Positions 51,012 to 63,074 of a DNA stretch of 64,000 nucleotides are shown piece by piece. The notes beneath the pieces were generated by a model that saw nothing but the letters and a program-made list of their open reading frames with translations, had not been told where the DNA came from and did no database searches. The stretch is from Coniocarpon cinnabarinum (Eukaryota). The DNA lies in assembly GCA_051942205.1 (NCBI GenBank), contig JAVECO010000013.1, positions 124,001 through 188,000 of the forward strand, in the 5' to 3' direction. A program made the translations under genes and the position numbers. How positions within the stretch are numbered: the first letter of the stretch is position 1; every line of letters starts with the position of its first letter.

Positions 51012-52660
51012 TTAGTAGACACCACCTGGGAGCGGACCCCCTTTGCTATTGTAGTTTGCATAGCTCTGCACTCGGTTCAAGTTGCTGCTTGCTCCTCTTG
51101 TACTACCGCCACTACCAGATCCATTAATGTTATCAGTCGCTCCCCTCGTGTTTGAGAACCCATCAGGCGGAGTAGCATGCTTTCTAAGCATGAACATCGG
51201 CTTCTTGCCATCATTGGCTAGCTGCTTGAACAGTATCAATGGCTTTTCATCCATGCCCAAACAACGTTCTTCATCTCCGTGCACAATGTAGAGCGAATAC
51301 TGGCTTGGATCGTCCTGAATTTGATATTTCTTCAAAGCGACTGGCAGCACTTTATGGCAAGGCTCCTCCATACTTACACGGAAGCTCTTCATGAAACCGG
51401 TCGGATCGTTCTCGGCATCAGTCTTCGAACGACTACTGCTGGGCGGACCCCGTTCACGATGTGATGCGGGAGTTCTCGAGCTGGATGCAGGAATTTGGGT
51501 GGCGGTCGAGGCATTGGAATGGTTCCAGATGGCATTGTCACTCGGGGTAGGAGGAGCGCCTCTGCTGGACTGTTGTGCGCTCATCGGGAACCGGGATGTA
51601 TTGGATACAGTGTTATACGGCGGAGAGGTCGGTGAAGGTTGATTCGAAAGGTGAGGTGACTGCCGTGGTTCTGAGTTGAATGAGGAGGTCAAATGATCTG
51701 AAGCGGCGATGGCGGCTGCGGAAGGTGGGAGGTTGGGTCCGTCATTGAGCGTTGGTGAGGGCATCTTGTTGGTGAAGGTGCCTAACCATCCTTTCTTTGA
51801 CGGCCGTCTCGCTATGCTTCCCCCGGACTTGGGAGGGTCCTGTTGCTGAGTCAAGTTAGGCGAGGAAAGCGGGTTATTGTGTTGCTCAAGGGCGTCAGGC
51901 GTCGGGAGTGGTTGAGACCGATCTTTGAAGGCCCTTAGCGCTGGCAATGTATCTTCCCTCAGCTTCCTTTGCTCATCTTGCAACCTGTTGACATCATCTC
52001 TCATGGTATATAGATCCTTCTCGAGTTCTCGTATCCGCTCATCTCGTAGCTTTATTTGGTGTATAATACGAGCCACGTCGTCCTGTGTTGCGTGTTGGTC
52101 AGGAGCATTGACATCAGCAGCTACCGCATGGTCAGTCAACGGCTCCAACGGCATTCAGAAGGTTGTAGACTCACAAAGCGGGACATAATCATCTTCCTCA
52201 ATCGAAATGTTCTGTTTCAACTTGACTTCGTAAACGGCTTTGAGTATCGTCAATCGGTGTCCGACACTGTTGACATTCATATCTTTCAAGTTGCCATGAG
52301 ATAACCGCACCAATACCTCACCACTGACATCTTCAGCTGTAGTCTGTGTCAGCCTTTCTTGTGCTTGCAGGTGGTGGGGAGTTCCATACTCAGTATTAAG
52401 TTTCTATACGAGCTCAGCCCTAAGCTCGCTATAAAGTCTGCAGTCTGATTTGAGCTCCATTCTGTGATCAACCCCCTTGGTGAGATCGCATGAACTGTAG
52501 AATGAGTGAATGTAGTAGGGGTGTGTTCGTTGGAGGGTGGGTCGGACTCAGTTGGGGAGCTGGACTCGTATCCAGCTGGCAAGGTCGGACTTGTGATAAT
52601 GCTCCGTTCATATTCATCATCTGCATCTGACTCATCGTGGAACTGCGCTTCATACGACAT
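51012..52660 (-). CDS. STE50: MAPK adaptor Ste50 (SAM plus RA domains), 3 exons
   Basis: SAM domain ITEWSSNQTADFIASLGL...GHRLTILKAVYEVK; RA domain KSFRVSMEEPCHKVLPVALKKY...ERCLGMDEKPLILFKQL...PMFMLRK; end LPGGVY. Confidence 0.93.
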
Positions 52661-53622
52661 CTCAATGGGGAACTTCTGGGTGCGGTAGGTCTTGGTCGAG
52701 TCCGACTGGGCAATCCTAGCCAATACGCGCTCAGACGAACGGCGGATGTCTAGCACGCGCAGGCGGTGGTACTCGTTGAGAGGCGATGGTTTTCCAAGAA
52801 AGTAGAGCAATGCGCTGGGTGTTCTTTAGAGAATGAACTTGACAGAGTCATGAGACAGGTGCCCAAAGACCAATGCACGATATCAATTCCTTGAGTTCTA
52901 GTGTTGTTTCAGGACAGAAGTGATACAGTGAAAAGAGAGACGGATCGGCCTGTTGAAATGGGAGGATCAAGTCGTGGAATGCGTCACGAGTCAAGGTGCG
53001 TCGAGGTCTGGACGAAGAATAGGGACGAGAGCGGCGGCGCGGTACTGCGAAACCCGGGCTGGAAACGGATCGGATAGTGTACAGAGAGAACTAAATGATT
53101 CTCTATGTCCAATGGATGTGCATGCTGCTGCGATGTGGAGTGTGTACTCCGTAGAGCAGAGAGGGTGCGTGGTGGAGACAGACGAGGGGATTGGAGGTAT
53201 GTTGGCAGGAACAGGACGAGACTGATATTGGATGGAAGTCCTGGCTCCTTGCTCGGTAGAGGTGGGACCGTAGGGCTGACCACGTTGCTGCCCGCCAGGC
53301 ACACCGCTGGGAACTAATCCCCGCAAACTCCTTTCGTTGACGTCTCTTGGAACGGAGGACTGCGCAACAGTCAATATGCTTGAGCAAAAGGCAATCGACT
53401 ATGCGAACTAGACCTGTTTCAAACTTTCCATAAACGACGGGGTTTAGCCTCTTTGTCACGGTGGCTCCCAATCGGCTCAACACCCTCTAACATGTAGCAT
53501 CCACCGCCAGCCCTTCACCCGTTATCGCTTCCTCATCGGCTTCGAGTTTGGAATCAGCAGAGGAGACCACATTAATCTCTTGTCCCCTCGTAACATCCTC
53601 GTACTGTCGGCGCATCTCAAAC

Positions 53623-54132
53623 ATGGCGGAAATCCGACCCCCAACAATACCTCTACCGTCAAAGCTGCCCAAAACAATTCCACCACCACTAAGAAGCGCG
53701 ATCGAAGCGGCTCTCATGCGCTCACCTAATGAGCCCGTCCAGCGCCTTCTTGCGACGCTTGAGACTTCGCTGAATGCTGCTGGCTGGACTCAGAAGGTTG
53801 CAATGCATGCGCTCAAAGGCATCCAGGAAAACAATGATTCGTTAGAGAGTTCACCCGACACAAAGGAAACTGGTTACAACGTTCCAAGCGGCGATGCCCG
53901 GCAAGATCGAATATTGAACGAAATTATCGCCAGCAGTCGACCAATGATAGGTGCAGGGCAAGCAGCTGAAGGTAGTGGGGATATTCTACACGGACAAGTG
54001 TCACTGCCAACTGGCGACCTCCGAATCCCGCAACATGTTGTCGAACAGGCTGTCAGCTTGCTCAAGACGGAGCTACAAAGGATATGCGAAGTGGATGATG
54101 ACAGGTATTTGGATTGGAGAACGAGCTTATGA
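53623..54132 (+). CDS. Small protein, possibly Sus1/ENY2-like
   Basis: LETSLNAAGWTQKV and LRIPQHVVEQAVSLLKTELQRICEV resemble the LxxxGW and VP helices of Sus1/ENY2. Start at MAEIRPP. Confidence 0.55.
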   Translation: MAEIRPPTIPLPSKLPKTIPPPLRSAIEAALMRSPNEPVQRLLATLETSLNAAGWTQKVAMHALKGIQENNDSLESSPDTKETGYNVPSGDARQDRILNEIIASSRPMIGAGQAAEGSGDILHGQVSLPTGDLRIPQHVVEQAVSLLKTELQRICEVDDDRYLDWRTSL

Positions 54133-54379
54133 CCAAAATCACGCAGGGTTGGTAAAACCAAATGCACCTTTGTAAATCTTCTCTCGAAATCCGACAGGAA
54201 CGTCGTTCATGAGATCGTGGCCTGCGCCACTGCATTATATTCTAATTTCCCTCGTAAGACCGTATGATCCGACATTGGTGACCGTACGTACACAAATTTT
54301 GCCATCCAACACCACGCAATGCAATAAAAGAAAGCCTACCCCCATGTTGTATCCCAATAATTTCGACATGCGTGAAGTA

Positions 54380-55456
54380 TCATCGAAGATCTCTGTGTGG
54401 ACTGGGCGTGCCCTTCATGTACGAGTGCCGTTGATGCGGTACAGGAGTGCTCAGACCGAGAGAACTTCTCGAGAATTCTCCACTGTTGTAATTGTATATC
54501 CTGCTTGCTCTTGCGCTGTCACCGCCCATCATCGTACTGCCATCATAGTCTCCACTGAGCATTGGTTGCGACTCTTTGACATCCCATCCGCCTACTTTCG
54601 TGCCGACGCTGAACTCGAGATCTTCGGTCGTGATGCTATCCCAGTATTTATACACCATCATTACGCCCAGCAGGTTAGTAAGCGTCGCAAAGAACAGGCC
54701 ATCCACATAATGCTGAGCTCTGTCGCATATCGTGTCGCTGAGCGCATATAAGATGACCTGCCCCACGACGAAAAAGAAGACGCCGAAGCTGATGTGTCCC
54801 ATCGGCCAAAACCAGTCTTGTAGCGTGCCTAGAACGAGGAGGATTTGCATACCCAGGTAAATTGCGAGCAGGACAGCGTTGAACACATACAGAACGACGA
54901 AGAGTCCAACAGTGTTGTTTGGACCCAAGCCGCCGATGCCTTTGTACGTGAGGATGGAAACGAGGAATGTAATTCCACCCCAGACTGCTGACAAGCCTCT
55001 GAGCAGCCAGACTGAGAGCGCGGTGCCGTCTTCATAGACTTGAAATCCCAGGAATCCGTTGATGCAAAGCGACAAGATGAGTGCGCTGCTCAAGCCGTTC
55101 TGCACAGCAGAAAACCACGGCAATGATTGACTTCCTGGTGGCACTACACCAGCGTCCAGGAGCAAAGAGAAGACTTCGAGGACAAAGAATATGAGGAAGA
55201 ATGTCGTGATCTCCTTGCGGCCAACAGCTGTAAACTTCGATCGAATATGTAACAGCATGATGACTGTCATGATGAGGGCGCCAATGTGTACGAAGGAGGC
55301 AGCGCCCTGAAAGATGATGGTGTTGGCGAGGCTAATGTTCCGAGGATAGCAAGTAGGCTGTACGCCGACGCCATTTGTGATATCATTGTGCCCGACGAGC
55401 GAGCAGAGCGGTAGCTGTGCCTTTTGACATATGTCGTGAAAATCACCGAAGCCCAT
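54380..55456 (-). CDS. CHS7: Chitin synthase export chaperone Chs7
   Basis: MGFGDFHDICQKAQLPLCSLV, KFTAVGRKEI, NGFLGFQVYEDGT and MMVYKYWDSITTEDLEFSVG; about seven hydrophobic helices. Confidence 0.96.
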   Translation of the reverse strand: MGFGDFHDICQKAQLPLCSLVGHNDITNGVGVQPTCYPRNISLANTIIFQGAASFVHIGALIMTVIMLLHIRSKFTAVGRKEITTFFLIFFVLEVFSLLLDAGVVPPGSQSLPWFSAVQNGLSSALILSLCINGFLGFQVYEDGTALSVWLLRGLSAVWGGITFLVSILTYKGIGGLGPNNTVGLFVVLYVFNAVLLAIYLGMQILLVLGTLQDWFWPMGHISFGVFFFVVGQVILYALSDTICDRAQHYVDGLFFATLTNLLGVMMVYKYWDSITTEDLEFSVGTKVGGWDVKESQPMLSGDYDGSTMMGGDSARASRIYNYNSGEFSRSSLGLSTPVPHQRHSYMKGTPSPHRDLR

Positions 55457-58157
55457 GTCAAGCGGCGCCTCAACAGCGAGAAGGCGACCGGTGAAGGGTG
55501 AAGGGAATCAGTGACAGCAGCGCGTACTCGTGCAGCAGACAGCTGTGTCGGGGCTGCAGAGCCAAAAATAGGTAAATAAATGCAGAGTTATTAGCCCAAG
55601 CGAGTGTCAAGAAAGAATACAAGAGGCGATGCGTGCGGACAAGGAAGCGAGTGAGCTGTCAAACGGTTCACGCGATGAGGCTGGGAAAGATCTCCGACGG
55701 GGGCTGGGAAGGACAGGATGGTGGCTTGATACAAGTGTGCTTAGGGTTCCATTGCCCTCCCGCATGTCGAGCAAGAATATATCACGTGATATTAATCGCC
55801 AGCTGCTTCAAGCTCCTGTTCAATTTCACCAGGTAGCTACTCTTACTGCGCCCTGACATAGTAATCAACGGCCTTGGAACCAGGCATTCTGCCTCCCTGC
55901 CACCAACAATGCATCAGAGACCGAAGACTTAGGATGCGTGAGATGTTCTCTGTCAGAGAAAACTCATCAGTCACGTATTATCTCGAGCCCTGAGAACATA
56001 GAGGGCGATACTCGAACATGAGTTCATCTGACAATGAACAAGCCGTGTTCACACGAGTGCCTGCCAGCTTGCACAAACGCGCAGTAAATCAAATTGCTTG
56101 GCTCAAACACTGAAGTATAGCAAAGAATCAGCCCAGATAATATCATCCTGGCAGATGTAGATTATCCCTTGCGCCAATGATAAGAAACCAAACAGGCTGT
56201 AGCGCGCGAAAGTAGAGATTTAAGAGTCAATGAAGGGAGTTTTCTTTGAGAAATATTCCGGGAATACGTGTGAGACGCTGGCTTGTTTGCTTGCGCCGTG
56301 GTATTCTGAGACATTTTTATGCCCTACATACACATTTCAGCGCGGCTGAGGCACGACATGCGTCTTCAAACCAATTCTTGAAAATTCGCCCAGTTCTCAA
56401 TCTTCAAAATTCCCTTGCTTTTGCTTGAGTACCTCAGCCATTAATTAGCTTTGCTCAACATCATAAGCACTTGCGAAAGATGTCGCTTCTCGTGCAAGCT
56501 TTTGCTTATGTGAGTTTCTAGTGTGCAGCTTTTGGGTTATCGCTTCCAGACCTGCGACGGGTGTTGAACGCTATTTTCATGCGCTGTTTGACTGCTACTG
56601 TGGTTGCTATTGCGGTTGCTACTGCCTTTACGGCTTGTCGCAAGAAGTCGCTTTCCCCGGAATCAATGTCTAGGCGATCTGCTCTTAGCAACGAGCGAGC
56701 ATAAATTCTAGCTCGCTGTCTGTTTTCCTTTTGTTCTTTCTCCTGCCCTTTTTCATCATGAGTCTGCCTCGACTGTTTGTAGGAGCTCTTGTTTGCATGC
56801 CTTAGTGGGCATTGTCCTTCTCTGCCCGTTCACCTGCCTGCCGCCACTCGGCTGACTTTAACTTACAAGGCCAGCGTTGCGCGAACTTGATCCTCCTGCA
56901 ATTATCCGATCCACGACTGCGTCCGCAACTTACAGAGTTCGCGTGCTCAAAACGCAGCAACACATACGTTGGCTGCGCTCGAGCCCTGGCTTCTCACTTT
57001 TGCTCCACGTTGTTGTACGCTTTGCACAACTTTCTTTTTCAGTAACATCCAGTCACGCCGGACTGCATTACATCCGCCGCCACGAGACTCGCAAAGAACT
57101 CTGACGATAAGTTAAGACCTCAGTCACAGCTCAAGTCACCCTCAAGACTTGTCACGCTAAATGCGTATCGCACACGAAGGGAGCGGTGGAGCGTCGTCAT
57201 CATCGGTCATCTCTATTGTCAAGGTGGGCGATGATGACAATATCCCCGCTCTGAAGGGACCCTTGAGTTCCGTCTTGATGAGCCAATATCATAACATCGA
57301 AGGACCGCTGATGCCGCCCACTCAGCATTAGAGAAATCGAAGCTGATTAAAGTCTCCCACAGGTAGATCGCCGGGTTCTTCGGAAAAACTTTGTTCCGAA
57401 CCCCAGAAGTCTTACACGACCAGTGACCTACCTTACGAACTGATTGGAAGCTGGCTGATGATTGTTGAATCCTGGTTGGGCTTGGACCTCACCCATTGGG
57501 CGTAAAGCTCACTGATGACCCCTGTTGGCGGTGTGTTGTTTGGGAGGTCGCCGCGCCAAATCTGAGACCATTGCAGGTGGCTACGCACTCACCACCATGA
57601 AAGTCAGGCATGTAGCACTGAATATCATGTCTGAAATCAGATATTCAAGTATGAATGCTAAGAATTCTGATCCCGCTTTCACGGCTTTCATTGGAATGAG
57701 CGGCGGAAACCGTCAAAGCATGTGCTAGTAGTGAAGCGGATCCCACCACATCTTATCGGGTAGCTTTCGAGGCGGACATGTAATGGCGAGAAGAGATAGA
57801 CCGTAGTTGCAGTATAGGTAGGTATAGATCAGAAGGTCAATCGCTATGGATGCCCGACATTGCCTTCCGTGTGTGTGGCGGTTGTCTGGGGCCAATGCAG
57901 CAGGGTGCGATTGAGTGGGTCTGCAAATGATCTCATTGACCGACGTGCTCTTCACGTTACGTAGATTGATTCATTGCAATTGACGGGCTGAGTTGATTCA
58001 TCACGCGCTCAAGCTGTCTTTCACTGTGTCAGGAATAGCTCCACTGGACAGCGAATGATAGCCTTTGCAAAGCGCATCAGTTGTTGATTTGAAGACTGAG
58101 AGTCCAGGGAAGCTGGCGGATTACCTTCGTGTCTCTCGACTAATTGTTCCAATACAA

Positions 58158-58892
58158 ATGCCTGTGTGGCCCTTCAGCTCATCCTCATCCTCTTCTCAGA
58201 CGCCACCAGCGGAACTAAAACCACCGCCTAATCTAAACAGTCCACCCGGAGCTACAATACCGAATGCGCCTCCCTCGTCCCAGAACCTTTCTACGCCCTC
58301 CTCCACCGCCACCACTGCTTCCCAGCCTCAATCACAGTTACAGACTGCCCCGATCCTAGAAGACTCACAAACTGCACAGTATCGAAGAGCATTCTATTAC
58401 TCTTCCATAGGTGTTGCCACAGCATGTCCCATCATTGCGTTAATGCCGCCGCGCAAACTCGATCTCTTCACATTCGGTTTGGGCATCGCCTTTTGCATGA
58501 GCAGTGGATACGTCCTTGAACAGCAGACGGGCAAGGGACTTGCATGGCATATCGGAAGCAGGATTCCTAGTCAAGGCAATGCGGAGAGGCGTGCACGGGA
58601 AGAAGCTGAGCGGAGGAATCGAGAGGAGGGGAAGCCACAACTGGGCCAGATGGTCAGAGAGAATGAAGAGCGCATTGCAGAGGATCGCAGAAAGAAACGA
58701 GATGACAGGGGCTTCGTGAAGAAAGTTTGGATGGGGAGGGAATCTGATGATTGGGTACAGGAAAGAAAGAGAAGGGAAGAAGAGGCTCTGGACGAAGGCC
58801 GGGGATATGGTGGATTGATTGTTGACTATATCACCGAGGGTCTTGGCTTGAAATCAGATCATGATGACGATGACGACAATGGCAACCGGTAA
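58158..58892 (+). CDS. Conserved-looking fungal membrane protein of unknown function
   Basis: Two hydrophobic segments around LMPPRKLDLFTF, then a charged region with KKVWMGRE...GRGYGGLIVDYI. Start at MPVWPF. Confidence 0.75.
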   Translation: MPVWPFSSSSSSSQTPPAELKPPPNLNSPPGATIPNAPPSSQNLSTPSSTATTASQPQSQLQTAPILEDSQTAQYRRAFYYSSIGVATACPIIALMPPRKLDLFTFGLGIAFCMSSGYVLEQQTGKGLAWHIGSRIPSQGNAERRAREEAERRNREEGKPQLGQMVRENEERIAEDRRKKRDDRGFVKKVWMGRESDDWVQERKRREEEALDEGRGYGGLIVDYITEGLGLKSDHDDDDDNGNR

Positions 58893-60289
58893 TAGATGCA
58901 TTCCAGATACGACGCGTCGATGGGATCAGGCCTGGTATACAATGCCTGAGCTCGTTGGGTTGTGGGATACTGCATGCAACTCTGCGTGTTCCACGTCGGT
59001 GCAAGCGGTTAACTTCTCAGACCGCTAACGAGGATTACTTTTCTCTCGGATAATGTTCGACTCAAAGCCGCACCGACGCATGAGGTGGCTCGCCACGTGG
59101 CTCGTCATGGCCTTCGAATGTCTGTACCGAGTTCCAACGCTGGAACACTCTTGGACTGCTGAAATGCTCTCAAACCACTCAATGGCCCAATTCCGCTTAG
59201 TGATCCGGTAAACGGCAGCGAAGCTCGTCACCGAAAAGTATGGGATCTCACCAGCCGATTTTTCACATTAAGCAAACCCAAGAGCCAGCAAATCGTCCTA
59301 ATGTAGCCGTGCAACCACGCAAATGGGTTCTGCTGACAGTCTCTGCATGAACGCAAAGCAGCGCTTGGCCTCGTCTGCTTTCTTGCCAGCGTTACTGCTT
59401 GAGTGATGGTGACAGTCAGTACAAGTTCTTTCCCACGACATCTCGTACATGAACCACCGGACAGCCCCGTCGTCACTATCGCAGGTCTTGGATCGGCATT
59501 CGGCATCGCCACAACGCATGGTGTTGTCAGTAGGTCGACCAGTGCGTCTCGCATACCCACTTCCACGTATGAAGCCTGACGAGCTGTCAATACTCCGCTG
59601 CAAGCTGTTCCAAGACTGCCTCTAGTCAGAGCTTCTTCAGGATTTAGCATGGGACACAATAACGGGTCGAGCTGGCGATCCCTTGACCGCTTTGTGCAAC
59701 GTCTTATTGTGGACTCAAAGTGTCTCCATCAAAGGCAGAAACATTTGCAACGTCAACTCACGCAGCATGATTGCCAATAGTGTATCTGGGAGCCTATGAT
59801 CGACTGGCTGACATCTTCAGCTTCCCACTCCTGAAGCCTTGCGGTATTGCAGCGAGATTCATTGTACTCGCTCCAATCACATTTGAGCCTGAACACTTTC
59901 TCAAGTAGCTGGACAGTACTACAAAAAGCTTACCAGGTTTAAGCTAGGACACATTTCAGAAGTCGCTACATTCACAACCAACAGCACATGTATACGTCAT
60001 TGTCATTGCGTACACGTGTTTCGCATGCTGCGAAAGCATTGTTAGCGACTGGCTCCATTGCTCTATCGTCTCGACTTATGATACGTTTTCTATTCCACTC
60101 ATCGCAAGAAACTCATCTACGTCCCACAATGCGCATCTGCTAGCATCGGCATTCAATCAGAATAAAAGAACTGGGCTCTCTCAAACGATAGCTGGTAATA
60201 GTGTTCTGTCTAATATGCGCCAACACATCGTCAAGAGTATCCTATCGCCTTGCCATCATAGCATTCAATTGTTGTTCTCTTCGCGTTTA

Positions 60290-61400
60290 TTAGCGTTCTT
60301 GAGCAATATCCCCGTAGGTGATAGCATGCATGCGCTCCGTCCAGTCGAAGACATAATTGTATTCAAATCTTTGGCGATGAAAAAGATTGGAAAAAATCCG
60401 GCGCAGATAGCCATAGTTCGGCTTATCGGAAAAGCTAGTGGAGCGTATGTGATCGAAGAACAATGAAAATTCGCGAGGAAGACCTTCGCATAGCTGCTGG
60501 GAAGTCATGCTTTGCTTCTTCTCGAGGACATGATCGTGCTTGTTCATATTCTGGGTCGATTGAAAAAATTGCCAGGGCAGAGAGCCTCGAAGGAAATAGA
60601 GAAGAACGTATCCGAGAGACTCCAAGTCATCGCACGCGGACTGCTCTACCCAGGGGATTAGTCAACTAGTATCTTACAAAATATTATTCGAGAGTAAAAT
60701 ACCTTCACCCCGGTGACCGCGGATACTAGCGTAGCGCGCAGTACCTATCAATCTGCCTGTCTGCTTCACCGCGAGAGTGTGCTCACTCCAAGCAACACCG
60801 AGATCTGTCACGTATACAATGTTCCCATACTTCCCTATACCAAGCAGGAGGTTTTCTGGTTTTACGTCCCTATGGATGACTCCCTTGCGATGTATATATT
60901 GAAAACGGGCAATTAGTTGGTCTGCTACCATTAATACCGTCTTCAGGGAGAACCTGCGACCGCAGAAGTCGAACAAGTCCTCCAAGCATGGTCCTAGGAG
61001 CTCAAGCACTAGCGCCCGAAACTCATCGGCGTAGCCATACCACAGGACTTTGGGGATGCCGCGGCCGCCTCGTAGTACTTTGTAAGTGTCCGCTTCCTCT
61101 GAGAGAATTGAGGGGTCGACCTTGACACGTTCGAACTTGATGGCGACATCTCCATGGCTGTAGAGGTCGTGCGCTTGTTTGCGGGATCAACACATGACTA
61201 CCTAGCGGCTGTACCGAGTGTTATACGTACCGCGGTAGACAAGACCAAAGCCGCCTTCTCCAAGCTTGCGCGTTAGACGGTACCTGCCAACTACGCATAA
61301 GTCCTGCCACGTGCGACGGTCAGTAGCTATTCATCGAACAAGGAGATGGAGAATCACCAAATTCTCGTTGCGACAGCAATCCATTGACCAAGGGGTTCAT
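60290..61400 (-). CDS. Divergent casein kinase I-like kinase (kinase domain only, about 4 exons)
   Basis: GRYRLTRKLGEGGFGLVY, VAIKFE, GIPKVLWYG, ELLGPCLEDLF, FSLKTVLM, IHRDVKPENLL, GTARYAS, DDLESLGY, LPWQ and YVFDWT. The first exon (MNPL) is inferred. Confidence 0.85.
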
Positions 61401-61751
61401 GATTAAATGCAAGCCACGCCATCTTTGGCTGTGTAGAAGTAAGATCTTTGCAAGCAACCACTGAGACGACGTCTTTGTGTTAGCCAACACAAAGCTGTGA
61501 TCGGAGTTTGACGTCGGACAATGTAAAACTAGGTGCTTTGTCTTTCTTTTAGCTTGCAAACGGCATGTACCACGACGGGCATATCGCCGCTGATGGTTTC
61601 TGCAGTCCACAGAGAAGACGTCCAAACGCTTTCGAACACAGGGCGGTTTGTCGATCTCTACCTTGCAAACAATACATACTACGACCTTCCACCCTTGCTC
61701 GTTTCCATGTCTCACAAGTAAGACATTCAACTGCTACTTTGCCCAGCAGCA

Positions 61752-63074
61752 ATGGAACGTCATTTTCGAACGCGAAAGCTCAGCACCGGGTCAGACCTCG
61801 GAAACCCCTCTCCTTCGCGAGCCGCAAAAAGAGGCAGAAAAGAGCGAAAACGAACTCGAGAACCACCACCTGCATTCTGGGACAACCTATCGCGACAGTG
61901 GCTGACCCTTCGAGCGTTGCGAGAGTTCGACTTCAGAGCGTGTGAACTCGACAATCGCCGGCAACAAGACACCTGCTCTCCCAAACGTTCCAGCGCGCCG
62001 AGCTTGAAGGGGTTTGCAAAACACGGTGGGCCCGATCTTTCAGATGTTAAAGCAGCGAGTGAGACCAGCACCAGATTTTCGCATATCGGCTAACTGTGTC
62101 AGTATCCTCAACCCGAGGCAAAAATGCTGGAAGCAGGGAACTTGGGCCGGTTTCGAGAGAGGAAAGCGAGCAGTACCGACACACTGACTCCTCATTCTCT
62201 GAAGAAGAATGCAAGATGTGGACCAACGACTGTATACGACAAAGCATTTGAGCAACATCTCATTGACCACGGCATGTATCCCTACGGACAGGAGCCTACG
62301 TATGAGAAAGAATTTCAAAATCCCAATAATATCGGTCAAATCAGCACCCAATTCAGTCGACGCAGATTATCCCTTTCTCCCTCTTGCTTTCCGCACGAGT
62401 CGTTCGATGAGTTTGAGAGAGCAAACATCCGCGCCTATACTGAGGACGACGTCATAGCTACGGTCTGGCCTATAATTTTCGGAGGTGTGACGATCCCGTG
62501 CTCACGCAACATAGAGTTCAACAACCTTGCCCCAGTTACCGACGGCGCCCTTTCAAAGGGTAAGCCGGGTTACTACGAAGGATCACCCCCAGAGGATGTA
62601 AGGAAGCATGTGCGAGACGAGCTCGGAGATTACATTATTCCATGTACTGAGCTGAGCCGCCCCTGCCTGCCTAATTTTTTTGTAGAGGTAAACGGACCAG
62701 AGGGCAATGGAAGAGTACTCCTACGACAAGCCTGCTACGCTGGAGTAATAGGCGCCCGGGCAATGCACAAAATACGGTCGTATGTCGATGATACGACGGC
62801 ACTCGATGGTAATGCTTACACGCTTTGTTGGACGTACGACAGCAGTTCCGGCGTGCTGATAGCGTATGCATCTTATCCTACCGTGTCTAATCATCCGAAG
62901 AGGGCAGTGGACTACCGCATGATCCGTCTGCACGCGTACGTATTAAGGGATAGCCCAGACAGTTTCCGCCGGGGCGTCAGTGCCTTCCGCAACGCCCGCG
63001 ACTGGGCACAAGAGCGGAGAAGAGAGCTCATCGATGCGGCGAACAAGACAAGGGTACCTGCATCACAAGCCTGA
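61752..63074 (+). CDS. Widespread fungal hypothetical protein with a PD-(D/E)xK-like core (DUF7924-like); exons 61752-62054 and 62103-63074
   Basis: PPAFWDNLS...LTLRALREFD, GGPDLSD, YDKAFEQHLIDHG, PNFFVE, RQACY...GARAMH, DGNAYT and AFRNARDWA motifs recalled from a common accessory fungal family; joined by a 48-nt GC-AG intron. Confidence 0.7.

Noticed and set aside
55900..58000. Possible fragmented gene(s) between CHS7 and the membrane-protein gene
   Set aside because: Only short charged frames and scattered splice-like signals; I could not build a consistent model.
59298..59603. Small ORF with C-x4-C...C-x2-C suggesting a zinc finger
   Set aside because: Spacing does not fit GATA or other fingers I know, and there is no supporting gene structure.
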